A stretch of 64,000 nucleotides of DNA from Thermoproteota archaeon (GCA_027491395.1 JAOZFI010000043.1:1-64000), one strand, 5' to 3'. Shown: positions 47,098 to 57,662, counted from the first letter of the stretch. Numbers and translations: made by a program. The notes: generated by a model from the sequence alone, not told the origin.

Positions 47098-48084
47098 CTA
47101 ACTGAGTATACTCCTCATAAGTCTGGGTATTTCTTGCGGATCTCTCAATTCATGGAACTTGCCGTTACCCAGTCTAGCTAGGTCTTTGCAGAACTTGGCC
47201 CCTCTGCTGGAAGATCTTCTCCCTACATAAACCACATGCAATCCCCTCATACGGGATACCACCTTTCTCGGATCCTCCCCCACGTTGTACTCCCCATCGG
47301 TCAGCAATATGAACCTCGGATTCACCAGACTCTTGGACTCCTCTAGAGCCTTGATTAAGCCGTCAGCTATATTGGTGTAGCCTAGGGGCACCAAGTCCAG
47401 TATATCCTCCACGACCTCGATGGACCCCTTGCTCTCATTCACATGCTTGATCGGAAAGGCCTCAGTGTTGAATCCAATAACGGAATACTTACCTCCCCTG
47501 ATCTTGTGAGATATCAGCGCGGCCATGGTGGCGGCGCTCAGTATCTTCCTGCCGGACATGGAACCACTGGAATCTATTATGACGACAGCAGAGCACTCAC
47601 TTCTCCTCTTATCTAAACCCACGATGTCGCTGTAATTCAACTCATCGATCTTCTTTCCCCTCTCAATTAGCTCTTCGATGGTCCTCTCAACATCGAAATC
47701 CATTCCTACCTCGTAGGATGCCTCTGATCTCCTGTCCTCCTCCAAATTACCCCTCCCCCCCTTCACAACTAAGTTCACCACGGCCTTTGCTACCAGCCGT
47801 CTGAACATCCTCCTAGCCCTCTCGTTGAGCCTCCATCTGACCTGCCTGTACAGCCTGACGGCGGCCTCAGGATCTCTCTCTAGGGAAGAGACCATCTTTG
47901 GAGTGAAATTGCCCTTGGATATGGCCTTAGCCACCACTATCTGGCTGTAGTTGGATATCCTTAACAATCCTTGGAGATCTCCCTTCATTAGGTAGTACTC
48001 CGCAGCTTTCCTCAACACCTCGTAATCGCTTGCTAGAGGTTCTCTAAGTCCTGGTATGTTTCTTACTTGGGAATAATCCGTCAT
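47098..48084 (-). CDS. von Willebrand factor A domain protein
   Basis: MIDAS DSSGSM, YTNIADGL, LLTDG. Confidence 0.9.
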   Translation of the reverse strand: MTDYSQVRNIPGLREPLASDYEVLRKAAEYYLMKGDLQGLLRISNYSQIVVAKAISKGNFTPKMVSSLERDPEAAVRLYRQVRWRLNERARRMFRRLVAKAVVNLVVKGGRGNLEEDRRSEASYEVGMDFDVERTIEELIERGKKIDELNYSDIVGLDKRRSECSAVVIIDSSGSMSGRKILSAATMAALISHKIRGGKYSVIGFNTEAFPIKHVNESKGSIEVVEDILDLVPLGYTNIADGLIKALEESKSLVNPRFILLTDGEYNVGEDPRKVVSRMRGLHVVYVGRRSSSRGAKFCKDLARLGNGKFHELRDPQEIPRLMRSILS

Positions 48085-48092
48085 CGGAGCCT

Positions 48093-48983
48093 TTAACGGC
48101 TCCTCAATTCGAGAAAACCCTCTCCCCCTCCAAGTACTGATCTAACGATGTCCCTTATCAGGGACTCCTTGCTGGCAGCTGTGTCCCTGAGCTCTATCCT
48201 CTGAGGCAGGACCATGAGGGCGGCATTGTACCAGCGCTCCCCGTCACCCCTCAGCATCAGCGCTATCTTCGCCAAGTCTATGGACGATCTTATTGACCCG
48301 CCTCTCAGGATGTTCGGATGCTCTCTGGTGCTCCTCACGATATCCACGCTGATCTCGGCGGTTTCATCATCGATATCGGGCACATGCCTCCTGACTATCT
48401 CCACCTCCTCCTCCCTTCTAGGATATCCCAGCTTAACGAGAACGAACCTGTCCTTCAAGGCCTCAGACAACCTGAGCACGCCGACGTCCTCCTCCGGATT
48501 CTGTGTGGCTATTATGAGGAACCCTTTCTTCGCTTTCAGGGTCCCTAAGTGGGGTATGTGAATGAGACCCTCATCCATGACGGGGAGAAGCGCGTTCTGA
48601 GCCGATTCTGGGAGTCTGTTTAACTCGTTTATGAAGAGGACAGAGCCGCTGGTCGCAGCCCTGGTGAGGGGCCCGGGAACGAAGGCCTCCTCGACATATC
48701 CCTTCTTCAACACCATAGGAGGATCCCAATATCCGATCAGCTTCGTCTCGTTAAGTCTCTCATCACCATCTACCCTCACGAAGTCCCTCGAGAGGTATTC
48801 TGCTATCGATCTGGCGAGGAGCGTCTTGCCAACACCAACCGGTCCCTCCAAAAGTATGTGTCTGCCGCTTTTGACCGCGATCAGCATCTTGAGTAGCTCC
48901 TCTCGTCTTCCCACTATGCCGTATCGCTGACCTATCTCCTCCACCTCATCCAGCAGTCCCTTTACCAGCATCTCCCCTATCAT
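48093..48983 (-). CDS. MoxR-family AAA+ ATPase
   Basis: LLEGPVGVGKT, FINELNR, IATQNP, ALKDRF; start uncertain. Confidence 0.9.
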   Translation of the reverse strand: MIGEMLVKGLLDEVEEIGQRYGIVGRREELLKMLIAVKSGRHILLEGPVGVGKTLLARSIAEYLSRDFVRVDGDERLNETKLIGYWDPPMVLKKGYVEEAFVPGPLTRAATSGSVLFINELNRLPESAQNALLPVMDEGLIHIPHLGTLKAKKGFLIIATQNPEEDVGVLRLSEALKDRFVLVKLGYPRREEEVEIVRRHVPDIDDETAEISVDIVRSTREHPNILRGGSIRSSIDLAKIALMLRGDGERWYNAALMVLPQRIELRDTAASKESLIRDIVRSVLGGGEGFLELRSR

Positions 48984-49082
48984 GCATATCTGTCCAACGT
49001 CGAATATTAAGTTGAGCCGGAGCGCTGCCCTCTTTAGTAACAAAATAAACCATATCCTAATATAACTGGATATAATATCAAA

Positions 49083-49658
49083 TTACTTCAACCAACTATC
49101 AATAAATTTGCTTACTATGGAGAATACCTCGCTGGCATTTAACCTCGTGGTGTCTAATACGAGATGGAAGGGAGTGAGGTCTTTGCCGAGCTCAAAGCCG
49201 TAGATCCTCTTATATATGCGATAAGTCTCCTCCTCTTTCAATTTTATTCCCTTTATCGCCTCATCAAAGCTTATCCTATCCCTTCTAGCTACTCTGAGAG
49301 CCCTAACTTCCAGATCTGCTTTCAGGAAGATCTTGATACAGTCCTCGGAGTCCAAGAGGTAGGCCATGGTCCAAGAGTCTAGTACGTAGCCCCCTTCAGA
49401 GGCTAAGGACATGAGCCTCTTGTCCACTTCCATGTCCAGCTCCGGATTGGACATCCTCTCGGCCATCGCCCTGCCGGCTTCCTCCCTTTCCCACCAGCCC
49501 GGATCCTTCAAGCTCTCTTTACCCCCTATTATCTCCTTCAGTATATCTCCGCCGGATACCCTCTTCAATCCGTACCTCTCAACCAACCTCCTAGCTAGTG
49601 TGCTCTTGCCGCTCCCAGTGAGACCCGATAGGCACACATTGAACCTCTTCCTTCCCAA
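49083..49658 (-). CDS. cmk: Cytidylate kinase (archaeal type)
   Basis: SGLTGSGKST, SGGD, RVARRD, YKRIYG, LVLDT. Confidence 0.85.
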   Translation of the reverse strand: MGRKRFNVCLSGLTGSGKSTLARRLVERYGLKRVSGGDILKEIIGGKESLKDPGWWEREEAGRAMAERMSNPELDMEVDKRLMSLASEGGYVLDSWTMAYLLDSEDCIKIFLKADLEVRALRVARRDRISFDEAIKGIKLKEEETYRIYKRIYGFELGKDLTPFHLVLDTTRLNASEVFSIVSKFIDSWLK

Positions 49659-49668
49659 TCGATCACCC

Positions 49669-50646
49669 TCAGATGTCGGTCAGTGGCCACTCTATCTCAT
49701 CTATCCTCCACTGGGGTTTTATGGAAGACTCCTCAATGGGTTCGGGTCCCCTTATCCTATAAGAGAGTATCGCGGTCCAGGCTATCATGGCCCCGTTGTC
49801 CCTCACGAGCTCCACGGGAGGGACCTTGAGCTCAGCACCCCTCTCGCGGCACATGACCTCCGCTTTCTCCTTCAATCTAGGGGAGGCAGCGACCCCTCCG
49901 ACCAATAGGAGTTCGTCTTTACCGCTCAGGGCCAAGGCCCTCTCAGCCACCTCTATCGTCATGGAGAAGGCCACTTCCATGAAACTCCAGACGACATCCT
50001 CGACCCTCTCTCCCGACTTTATTCTCCTCAATGCCTCGGTGAGGAGGCCGCTGAACGACAGGTCCATCCCTTTCACGGTGTAGGGGAGCTCCACCCACGT
50101 ACCAACCATTCTATCCAATTTCGGTCCGGCCGGAAAGGGAAGACCTATCTCTCTGCCCAATTTGTCCTGAGCATTACCCAAGCCCACATCTAGGGTCTCT
50201 CCTAGGACCACATACCTCCTGCCGTTGTGGGTGATCACTTGGGTGTTGCCACCGGAAATGTAGAGCACGACGGGATCATAACTCTTAGTGATCTTCCTGC
50301 CTATCTCCACGTGGGCCAAGGGATGGTTGACACCCACTAAGGGCTTCCCATATCTCAGTGCCAGTGATCTAGATATGAAGGCTCCTATTAACAGGGCCTG
50401 TCCTATTCCAGGTCCCCGAGAATAACCGATGATGGAGATGTCAGAGAGGGTCAGGCCAGCTCGATCCAAGGCATCCTTTATCACCTTCACCGCGGTGTTG
50501 AAATGATGTTCAGCTAACTCATGGGGCCTCATGCCCCCCTCCGGAGACTTGTAGGAGTCCCACACGTTGGCGAGTATCTCGCCCTCTGAGGTTACGATCC
50601 CCACCCCGAAGGTGTGGGCCGTCGACTCTATACCTAGTGAGATCAC
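49669..50646 (-). CDS. kae1: KEOPS subunit Kae1
   Basis: LGIESTAHT, NHPLAH, SGGNT, GETLD, RDNGAMI. Confidence 0.96.
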   Translation of the reverse strand: MISLGIESTAHTFGVGIVTSEGEILANVWDSYKSPEGGMRPHELAEHHFNTAVKVIKDALDRAGLTLSDISIIGYSRGPGIGQALLIGAFISRSLALRYGKPLVGVNHPLAHVEIGRKITKSYDPVVLYISGGNTQVITHNGRRYVVLGETLDVGLGNAQDKLGREIGLPFPAGPKLDRMVGTWVELPYTVKGMDLSFSGLLTEALRRIKSGERVEDVVWSFMEVAFSMTIEVAERALALSGKDELLLVGGVAASPRLKEKAEVMCRERGAELKVPPVELVRDNGAMIAWTAILSYRIRGPEPIEESSIKPQWRIDEIEWPLTDI

Positions 50647-51263
50647 CTTACCCTCTCGTAAACCCTCAGTATTCTCTCGAATGGCACATCTCCCTCCCTC
50701 ACTAGCACGGGTCTCTCACCCGTGAGGTCCACTACGGTGGATGGCCTGCTGGGTGGAAGAACGCCGTAGTCTAGGAGTAGATCAACCTCAATCTCCTCAG
50801 CTACCTCCCTAGGATCTCTCTTAGGGGGTGAGCCCGACCTGTTCGCGCTAGTGGCCGTTACGGCCCTACCGAAGGATCTAATGAGGCCACGAGTCATATC
50901 CAGATCCGGGATCCTCACGCCTATAGCCCTAGGATTCACAGAATCCAGGACCCTCTCGGTCTTGGGCAGTATGAAAGTCACCTTGCCCGGTAGGAAGTGC
51001 CTAATCAGCTCCCTGCTTACCTTGTTCAGCACGGCGTACCTCTCTAACATGTCAAAGTCGCTGACCGCTATAGTCAGGGGCTTGTCTCTCCCTCTACCCT
51101 TGACCTCGTACACCCTCAACACCGCCCTCTCATTCTCCGCATCTGCGCCCAGCCCATACACCGTGTCCGTGGGGTAGACCACTAGCCCTCCGGATCTCCA
51201 TACACCCACCACTTCACTGACACAGGCGTCATCGCACCCTCTCTTAACGTCCAGCCACCTCAC
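50643..51263 (-). CDS. Threonylcarbamoyl-AMP synthase (YrdC/TsaC domain only)
   Basis: PTDTVYGL, KGR..KP, TSANRSG, PSTVVD; GTG start 51263. Confidence 0.93.
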   Translation of the reverse strand: MRWLDVKRGCDDACVSEVVGVWRSGGLVVYPTDTVYGLGADAENERAVLRVYEVKGRGRDKPLTIAVSDFDMLERYAVLNKVSRELIRHFLPGKVTFILPKTERVLDSVNPRAIGVRIPDLDMTRGLIRSFGRAVTATSANRSGSPPKRDPREVAEEIEVDLLLDYGVLPPSRPSTVVDLTGERPVLVREGDVPFERILRVYERVR

Positions 51264-51321
51264 AAAGCGAATGGGATGAAACGATTTAATAATCCTCCCG
51301 TGAGAGTTCCAGCGATAGGGC

Positions 51322-52236
51322 ATGGATGATGAGCAGCTTGAATCTTACTTGAAACTGGGTGAAGAGCACTCTTACATCCTAGAGCGTATGAGAAGAAAGA
51401 TCGAACCCGGTGCAAGCGTTCTGGATCTTGTTGAAGAATCCGAGAGACTGGTCAGGGAGAGGGGATACTCACTAGCCTTCCCCACCAACCTCTCCATAAA
51501 CGAGGTCGCAGCTCACTACACCCCCTTTCCAGGGGACGAACTGAGGATCCCAGAAACTGGCTTAATAAAGCTGGATATGGGCTCCCACCTGGGAGGGTGG
51601 ATAGTAGATGCCGCTAGATCCGTCGCTCTCGAAGAGAAATACGAGGAGATGGTTCAAGTTGCCAGAGAGGCCCTCGATAACGCGATAGATAGGATGATCC
51701 CGGGGAACAAGATAAGGGAGGTCAGCGAGGCGATATACGACACGATAGTGTCAGCAGGATACAAGCCCATACGCAACCTCACTGGCCATATGGTGAGGCC
51801 ATACGAACTCCACGCTGGCATCGAGGTTCCAAACGTCCCAACCGGGAGAAGCATGGGTTACAAGATCAAGGAGAAGGATATCTTCGCGATAGAGCCCTTC
51901 GTAACCCTCCCAGAGGCCAGAGGATATGTGGTTCCTTTGGGAGAGCCCCTAATATTCTCCTTAGGTAGGAAGAAGGGCAGAACCCGCGATGAGATTGAGA
52001 GGAGGATTCTCAAGATAGTGGAAAAGAATTACAAGAGGCTTCCCTTCTGTGAGAGATGGCTATTCAAGGAGATCGGCCACAGAGTTAATCATGCCCTGTC
52101 CAGACTGGTAGATAAGAGGATCCTCATACCCTACCCTCCCCTGATTGAGGTCTCGGGGATGATGGTCGCCCAATATGAGGACACGGTCCTCGTAACTGCA
52201 GATGGCCCCCTCAGGCTTACGGGGGAGAGGGGTTGA
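51322..52236 (+). CDS. map: Methionine aminopeptidase type II
   Basis: AFP..AAHYT, DMGSH..DAA, NLTGH, AIEPF, QYEDT. Confidence 0.95.
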   Translation: MDDEQLESYLKLGEEHSYILERMRRKIEPGASVLDLVEESERLVRERGYSLAFPTNLSINEVAAHYTPFPGDELRIPETGLIKLDMGSHLGGWIVDAARSVALEEKYEEMVQVAREALDNAIDRMIPGNKIREVSEAIYDTIVSAGYKPIRNLTGHMVRPYELHAGIEVPNVPTGRSMGYKIKEKDIFAIEPFVTLPEARGYVVPLGEPLIFSLGRKKGRTRDEIERRILKIVEKNYKRLPFCERWLFKEIGHRVNHALSRLVDKRILIPYPPLIEVSGMMVAQYEDTVLVTADGPLRLTGERG

Positions 52237-52640
52237 GGAGAAAGGCTAAGGGGACTAGAGCAGAGAGGGACCTCCTAGACAAGTTATGGAGGCAGGGAAT
52301 AGCGGCAGTGAGGATAGCAGGAAGCGGATCCACCAGTCATCCATCTAGCGATGTGATCGCTGGCTACAAGGGAAGAATAGCTGTCATCGAAGTTAAGACC
52401 ACATCTAAGGAGACCGTTTACATTCCCTCAGAAGAGGTGACCTCCATGAGGAGGCTGGCAGAGCTGCTTGGGGGGGAGTGCTGGTTCGCGGTGAAGTTCT
52501 CCTCAGATAGGGGTAAGTTCTACCTGCTGAAGATGGAGGATGCCAAGGAATTGAAATCAGGATCCATCGCTATAGACATAGGGACAGCGAGGTCCAAGGG
52601 GCTGTCCGTAGAGGATTTCGCCCAGGTGATCAAGGCTTGA
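52233..52640 (+). CDS. hjc: Holliday junction resolvase Hjc
   Basis: KG..AERDL, RIAGSG, DVIAG, IEVK. Confidence 0.92.
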   Translation: MRRKAKGTRAERDLLDKLWRQGIAAVRIAGSGSTSHPSSDVIAGYKGRIAVIEVKTTSKETVYIPSEEVTSMRRLAELLGGECWFAVKFSSDRGKFYLLKMEDAKELKSGSIAIDIGTARSKGLSVEDFAQVIKA

Positions 52641-53706
52641 ACCAAGACATCTTGTAGCTGACCACATGCTCTCCAGAAACTAGTGATACGATGAGGTCCT
52701 TTCTCACTGAAGTTGCAACCCTCCCAGACCTTATCAGATCAACAGGACGCACCTTATCTCCTACCGATCCAGCTACGCATAGGTAAGGTGCATGTTCGAG
52801 ACCAGGACCTCTCTCATATATCAGGAAGTCGGCTCCATACTTGGATCCAGCCTTGGGAACGTATCCCAAATCCCTCCAGTACCTGAACACCCTCTCCCTG
52901 ATCCTAGACCCCTCTCTCACCTCCGAAAAGATCCTTCTCAACTTGTCTAGGTCCAAGATCCTCCCATCGTAGGTCTCGACCCTCAGTTTGCCCTTGGAGG
53001 AGAGGTATATAGCTTCTATCAGAGGTAGCTGCAAGGGCTCTTCGTACTGCTTGAACGGTTCGGGCTTATCCACACCGAGAGGATGACCCCAAAACCCCTT
53101 AGCGTATAGATCTCCGGACCTCTCGTCGAACACTACAACCCTATCTCCCACTAGGGTACCTATAAGCTCCGGCAACTCTTCGACATCGTATCCGGTTCTC
53201 TTATCGGGCAAGAAGTTTTGGGCCCTGTAGTAGGTGACATTCATCTCGTCATCCACGACAGCCAATATAAGACCCTTCCTCAGCTTGGCCACCTTCTCAA
53301 CGGTGTCCAAGATGTACTTATGGGGTATGGGCTGGTCCTCGGAGAGAGGGAGGATTAGATCCTTGGCAGCAGCCTCTCCCACTCTAGCCCCCTTCGGATA
53401 GAGCCTGAGAAAGTCGGTTGATCTCTCGTACACGACGAGCCTTTCCCTTCTCCTGAGATCACTGAACACTACATACTTCAAGAAGGCCCTAGGATCGCTC
53501 ACAAAGAGTCTCATAAGATCCCGCAGCCCGACTTCACCGCTCTCGCCGAGAACCCTCAACCTCCCCCTCCAAACTAGGAATGCGGCCTCAAGCGGGTGGA
53601 GCTCTAGCTCACTACCGACGATCTCACCGTATCCTTGCTTATAGAGTCTGTCGACCTGCTCTGACACGTAGATCATCCCTTCCTTGAGCCTTCCCTCCAC
53701 AGACAT
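52630..53706 (-). CDS. endA: tRNA-splicing endonuclease, fused two-unit type
   Basis: Two EndA repeats; C-terminal unit with KYGADF (Tyr), EHAPY (His), VRKD (Lys). Confidence 0.93.
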   Translation of the reverse strand: MSVEGRLKEGMIYVSEQVDRLYKQGYGEIVGSELELHPLEAAFLVWRGRLRVLGESGEVGLRDLMRLFVSDPRAFLKYVVFSDLRRRERLVVYERSTDFLRLYPKGARVGEAAAKDLILPLSEDQPIPHKYILDTVEKVAKLRKGLILAVVDDEMNVTYYRAQNFLPDKRTGYDVEELPELIGTLVGDRVVVFDERSGDLYAKGFWGHPLGVDKPEPFKQYEEPLQLPLIEAIYLSSKGKLRVETYDGRILDLDKLRRIFSEVREGSRIRERVFRYWRDLGYVPKAGSKYGADFLIYERGPGLEHAPYLCVAGSVGDKVRPVDLIRSGRVATSVRKDLIVSLVSGEHVVSYKMSWFKP

Positions 53707-53717
53707 TCCCGCATCCC

Positions 53718-54653
53718 TCAGGAAACCAATCTATTATCCAATCCCTCGAATAAGGAGTTCAGCACATTCTTGGCTAAGTCGATCCCGATCTCGGGATCAT
53801 CCCCCTTTCTCACATGTTCCACGAAGTACGCGAGTTCTCCCTGTAGGGGCTCCTTCCTCCTTATCCTAGGCTGCTCTATCCTGTCTGATGACTCTATCCT
53901 CACCGTTTGATCAGGGTAGTTCACAATGAGACTGCCCTCGTCACCCATTATCAGGGCCTCCCTGATCCCCGATGGCGTGAGCCAATTCGTTTCAATGGTG
54001 GAAACTATCCCACTTGGGAATCTAGCGAGGAATATCGCGAGGTCCTCCCCTCCCTCACCGTCCAGCAGCTTAGCCGTGTAGGAGGACACACTTGAGGGTG
54101 CCTCTCCCACTATGTGGTGCTGCACATACATCTCATGTATAGCTAAGTCCAAGGAGACACCTATCTTCCAGCCAATACTCTTCTTAGGGAGCCTTCCTAC
54201 TCTCCTAGACCATATAGACAACAATTTGCCTATCTTCTCATCATCTAGAAGCGATTTGGCCATGGACACGGCCGGGTTGAAGAGCTCTATGAATCCAGGC
54301 ATGAATACACCATCGGCCCTCTTAACGAGGGATTCCAAATTCGAGAGCTCTTCCCTACTGGTAACTACCGGTTTTTCGACGAGTACGGATGCCTCTGCCT
54401 CTAAAGCCTCCTTTGTGTCTCGAAAGAGGTACTGCGGAGTGACAGCTATGCTTACAGCATCCAAAGACTCCCTCCTGATCATCTCCTCTATCGATGTGTA
54501 ATGGTTCACATGGTAAATCTCCGCCAACCTCTTGGCGTTTTCCTCAACGATATCCATGACGGCAACGAGCTGAGCCTCGCCTATGGTCCTGTACACTCTA
54601 GCGTGAGCGGATCCGAACCACCCGCACCCCACTACACCGACTCTGACGGGCAA
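53718..54653 (-). CDS. Gfo/Idh/MocA oxidoreductase
   Basis: GVVGCGWFG, VEKP, DLAIH. Confidence 0.9.
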   Translation of the reverse strand: MPVRVGVVGCGWFGSAHARVYRTIGEAQLVAVMDIVEENAKRLAEIYHVNHYTSIEEMIRRESLDAVSIAVTPQYLFRDTKEALEAEASVLVEKPVVTSREELSNLESLVKRADGVFMPGFIELFNPAVSMAKSLLDDEKIGKLLSIWSRRVGRLPKKSIGWKIGVSLDLAIHEMYVQHHIVGEAPSSVSSYTAKLLDGEGGEDLAIFLARFPSGIVSTIETNWLTPSGIREALIMGDEGSLIVNYPDQTVRIESSDRIEQPRIRRKEPLQGELAYFVEHVRKGDDPEIGIDLAKNVLNSLFEGLDNRLVS

Positions 54654-54708
54654 ATCCGATCCCGATAGGTATATTTCTTAGCCCATAAAAAGGGACCGGT
54701 GTAGGTCC

Positions 54709-55566
54709 ATGGGGGGCGGCAACATCGGGGGCTACTTGAGGCTCTTCCGTCCCAAGAACGCCCTAATGTCCGTATTGGGAGTTCTTGTCGGCTGGGTGAA
54801 CGTATCTGCCTCCCTTGGGCTCATTCCGAATCTGATCTTGGCTTGCGCTGTGCCGCCCCTCATCCTGATGGCCGGTAATGCGGTGAACGACTACTTTGAC
54901 GCTCCCATAGACAGGGTGAATAAACCAGACAGACCAATACCATCTGGGGAGGTCCCCCCTAGGGAAGCGATGACTTCCTATATCGTCTTGTCCCTCATAG
55001 GGGTTGCCTTGAGCATTCCCTTAGGTGTGGAAGAATTCATCTTAGCTTCTCTTTTCGCCCTCTCTTGGTACCTCTACGCCCGATGGATCAAAGCGATGGG
55101 ATTAGTGGGCAACATCCTAGTCAGCTTGGGGGTAGCATTTACTCTTATATTTGGAGCCTTGGCGGCTGACGGACTCAATGGAAAGGTGATCCTATTCTCC
55201 ACGATAGCCTTCACATCCAACTTAGCTAGGGAGGTAGTTAAAACCGTGGAGGACTTAAAGGGAGATTCACTCTATGGTTTAAGGACGGTGGCAGTGGTGA
55301 TGGGCCCCAAGAGGGCAGGCGCTTACGCCTCCCTGATGATCATTGTGGCCTCTGTCCTCACAATTTTACCTCCTCTAGCTGGCTTGACGGGCCCGGTATA
55401 CTTTCTCCTCTCAGTGATTCTCTCCCTTCCCCTATTACTCTACTCCGCTAGGGAATCGCTCAAAATAGATGAGATTAAGGCTAAGAGACTGAGCAGCACG
55501 CTGAAACTCTCCATGTTCCTCGGAATAATGGGGATGCTACTGGATCCTCTCATCCGATTAACCTGA
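54709..55566 (+). CDS. UbiA-family prenyltransferase, likely DGGGP synthase
   Basis: NDYFD..D.VNKP.RPIPSG, REVVKTVEDLKGD. Confidence 0.88.
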   Translation: MGGGNIGGYLRLFRPKNALMSVLGVLVGWVNVSASLGLIPNLILACAVPPLILMAGNAVNDYFDAPIDRVNKPDRPIPSGEVPPREAMTSYIVLSLIGVALSIPLGVEEFILASLFALSWYLYARWIKAMGLVGNILVSLGVAFTLIFGALAADGLNGKVILFSTIAFTSNLAREVVKTVEDLKGDSLYGLRTVAVVMGPKRAGAYASLMIIVASVLTILPPLAGLTGPVYFLLSVILSLPLLLYSARESLKIDEIKAKRLSSTLKLSMFLGIMGMLLDPLIRLT

Positions 55567-56347
55567 GTAGGCTCCTCCTCTCTAGGACGCCGATCACCTT
55601 ATCGTCTTCGTTGACCACGGGAAGGGCTGGTAGGCCAGATTCTAGGAAGAGGTCTCTGGCCTTATTCACTGGGACGAACCCTCTGAGCCTCCTCGGGGCC
55701 TCCACCATCACATCCTCCACCAAGATCTTCCTGACCACGTTGTCCATGCGTATGGGATCCACATTTTCCCTAACGCCTAGGAAAGCCCTTGCCAGATTCC
55801 TCTCCGTAACTATGCCTATGAGCTTGCCTCCCTCCACCACAGGGAGTATCCTAGCGCCTCTCTCAAGCATCACGTTCCTCGCATGGACTATTCTCTCATT
55901 GGGCATTATCCTCGGGTGATCCTCCTTCACTAAGGCCTCAATGTCGCCATCATAATCGAGGGACTTCACTAAGTCCGTCTCGGTAATTATACCTACTAAC
56001 CTATCTCCTTCCACTACTGGGAGCGATCCGATCCCATTCTCGAGCATGATAGAAACTGCCTCCTTTATGGACATTCTGGGACCGATAGTAACTGGAGGCT
56101 CTGTCATCAGGGCGCTGACGTATATCCTCCTAGCCGGTATCCTCTCGAACCTAGACGAGCCTAGGCCCTCCATTATGTCCCTTATGCTGAGCACACCGAC
56201 GACCCTATCTCCGGAGGTGACTACCAAGTGGTTCACGTCGTTCCTCTCCATGAGGTCCAATGCGACCTCTACAGTTTCTCCCTTATCGATCGTGATGACC
56301 GAGGTCCTCATTATGCTAGAAACATCATTCTTAGGCATTTGCCACAC
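55550..56347 (-). CDS. Four-CBS-domain protein
   Basis: Repeated LPVV..LVGIITETD motifs. Confidence 0.9.
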   Translation of the reverse strand: MWQMPKNDVSSIMRTSVITIDKGETVEVALDLMERNDVNHLVVTSGDRVVGVLSIRDIMEGLGSSRFERIPARRIYVSALMTEPPVTIGPRMSIKEAVSIMLENGIGSLPVVEGDRLVGIITETDLVKSLDYDGDIEALVKEDHPRIMPNERIVHARNVMLERGARILPVVEGGKLIGIVTERNLARAFLGVRENVDPIRMDNVVRKILVEDVMVEAPRRLRGFVPVNKARDLFLESGLPALPVVNEDDKVIGVLERRSLLRLIG

Positions 56348-57149
56348 CTCTCACTAGGGCCTTCTTATCGACCACACCCACCAACTCATCGCCATCGAAG
56401 ACGGGGATTGCACTCACCCCCCACTCGATCATGTACCTAGCAGCCTTGGCTGCATCTTCCTCAGGATTGAGCCTTATCTCTATCTCCTTCATTATGTGCC
56501 TGGCGGTCTTCACCCGGACGTCCACACTGATCCTTCCGGTCCTCGATGGGATGAGAACGTACTTCTTAGCGAGATTGGGTTCCCACAGGGCTATATCTCC
56601 CTCGGTTATCATGCCCAAGTAGTTGCCCTCCGATCCAACTATCAGTACCCTGCTACCGTTGGCTATCAGCTTGGCCACCTTCTTTAGGTTGGTATTCGGG
56701 GGAATCACCTGATATTTCTCATCCATAAGATCCTTTATCTTGTAGGAGCCCCTCATACTCTCGGCGAAGAACCTAGAGATATCTGTCTCCGTCAGTATGC
56801 CCACTAGGGAAGAGTCCTTCACCACTGGAAGGCCCCCTATGCCCTTCTCGCTCATAACCTTGGAGGCGGTCCTGACGAGCTCATCGGGCCCTATTGTTAC
56901 GGGATTCCTCGTCATGAACCTGTCGATCAGGGAGTTCTCTGGATTCCTCCATCTCCAAGGCGCACCCCTCCTAGCTAGGGCCTTGGCGATGTCCGTCGCG
57001 GTAATTATCCCAACTACGTTATTTCCCTCCACAACCACCAATCGCCTTATCTTCCTCTCTAACATGAGGTTCCGGGCCCTACCGAGGGTATCTCGGGGGG
57101 TCACGGTGACGACTCTATCGGTCATATAATCCTTTACCTTAGCCATCAA
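56331..57149 (-). CDS. Four-CBS-domain protein
   Basis: VKDYMT, LVVV..VVGIIT, LPVV..LVGILTETD. Confidence 0.9.
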   Translation of the reverse strand: MMAKVKDYMTDRVVTVTPRDTLGRARNLMLERKIRRLVVVEGNNVVGIITATDIAKALARRGAPWRWRNPENSLIDRFMTRNPVTIGPDELVRTASKVMSEKGIGGLPVVKDSSLVGILTETDISRFFAESMRGSYKIKDLMDEKYQVIPPNTNLKKVAKLIANGSRVLIVGSEGNYLGMITEGDIALWEPNLAKKYVLIPSRTGRISVDVRVKTARHIMKEIEIRLNPEEDAAKAARYMIEWGVSAIPVFDGDELVGVVDKKALVRGVANA

Positions 57150-57164
57150 AATCGGGTACCCCCT

Positions 57165-57662
57165 TTATACTAGGCTCCAACCCTTCTTAGACTTAGCTAG
57201 CCTCAACCTCTCGGACAAGATGAACCATATGTGCGGAGCCACCTTCAGTATGTCGCGGGAGGAGATTATCCCAACTACCTTCTTGTTGGAGTTCACCACT
57301 ATCAGCCTTCTGACGTTGTGCTCCACCATGATCCTCGCTGCCTCATCGATATCTATGTTGTCCCTTACTATGACAGGCTCCTTGGTCATGACTTCCTCTA
57401 CCTTAACCTCTTCAGGTCTCCTTCCATCCTTCTTAGCTATGTACCGGGAGATCAGGTCCCTCTCCGTGACTATCCCCCTCAAGACCCCTTTCTCCATCAC
57501 GACCACGGAGCCTATGTTATGCTCGCTCATGAGCTGCGCTACCTTGAAGACCGTATCCTGAGGGGTCACGGTGATCAGGTTCCTGTTCATTATCTCGGAT
57601 ACCTTAAGCCTGAACTTGGGTTCATCACCTTTCTCGGGGAGCAGAGACCACATAACTATCAC
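57165..57662 (-). CDS. Two-CBS-domain protein
   Basis: VSEIM, IGSVVV..GIVTERD, VGIISSRD. Confidence 0.9.
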   Translation of the reverse strand: MIVMWSLLPEKGDEPKFRLKVSEIMNRNLITVTPQDTVFKVAQLMSEHNIGSVVVMEKGVLRGIVTERDLISRYIAKKDGRRPEEVKVEEVMTKEPVIVRDNIDIDEAARIMVEHNVRRLIVVNSNKKVVGIISSRDILKVAPHIWFILSERLRLAKSKKGWSLV

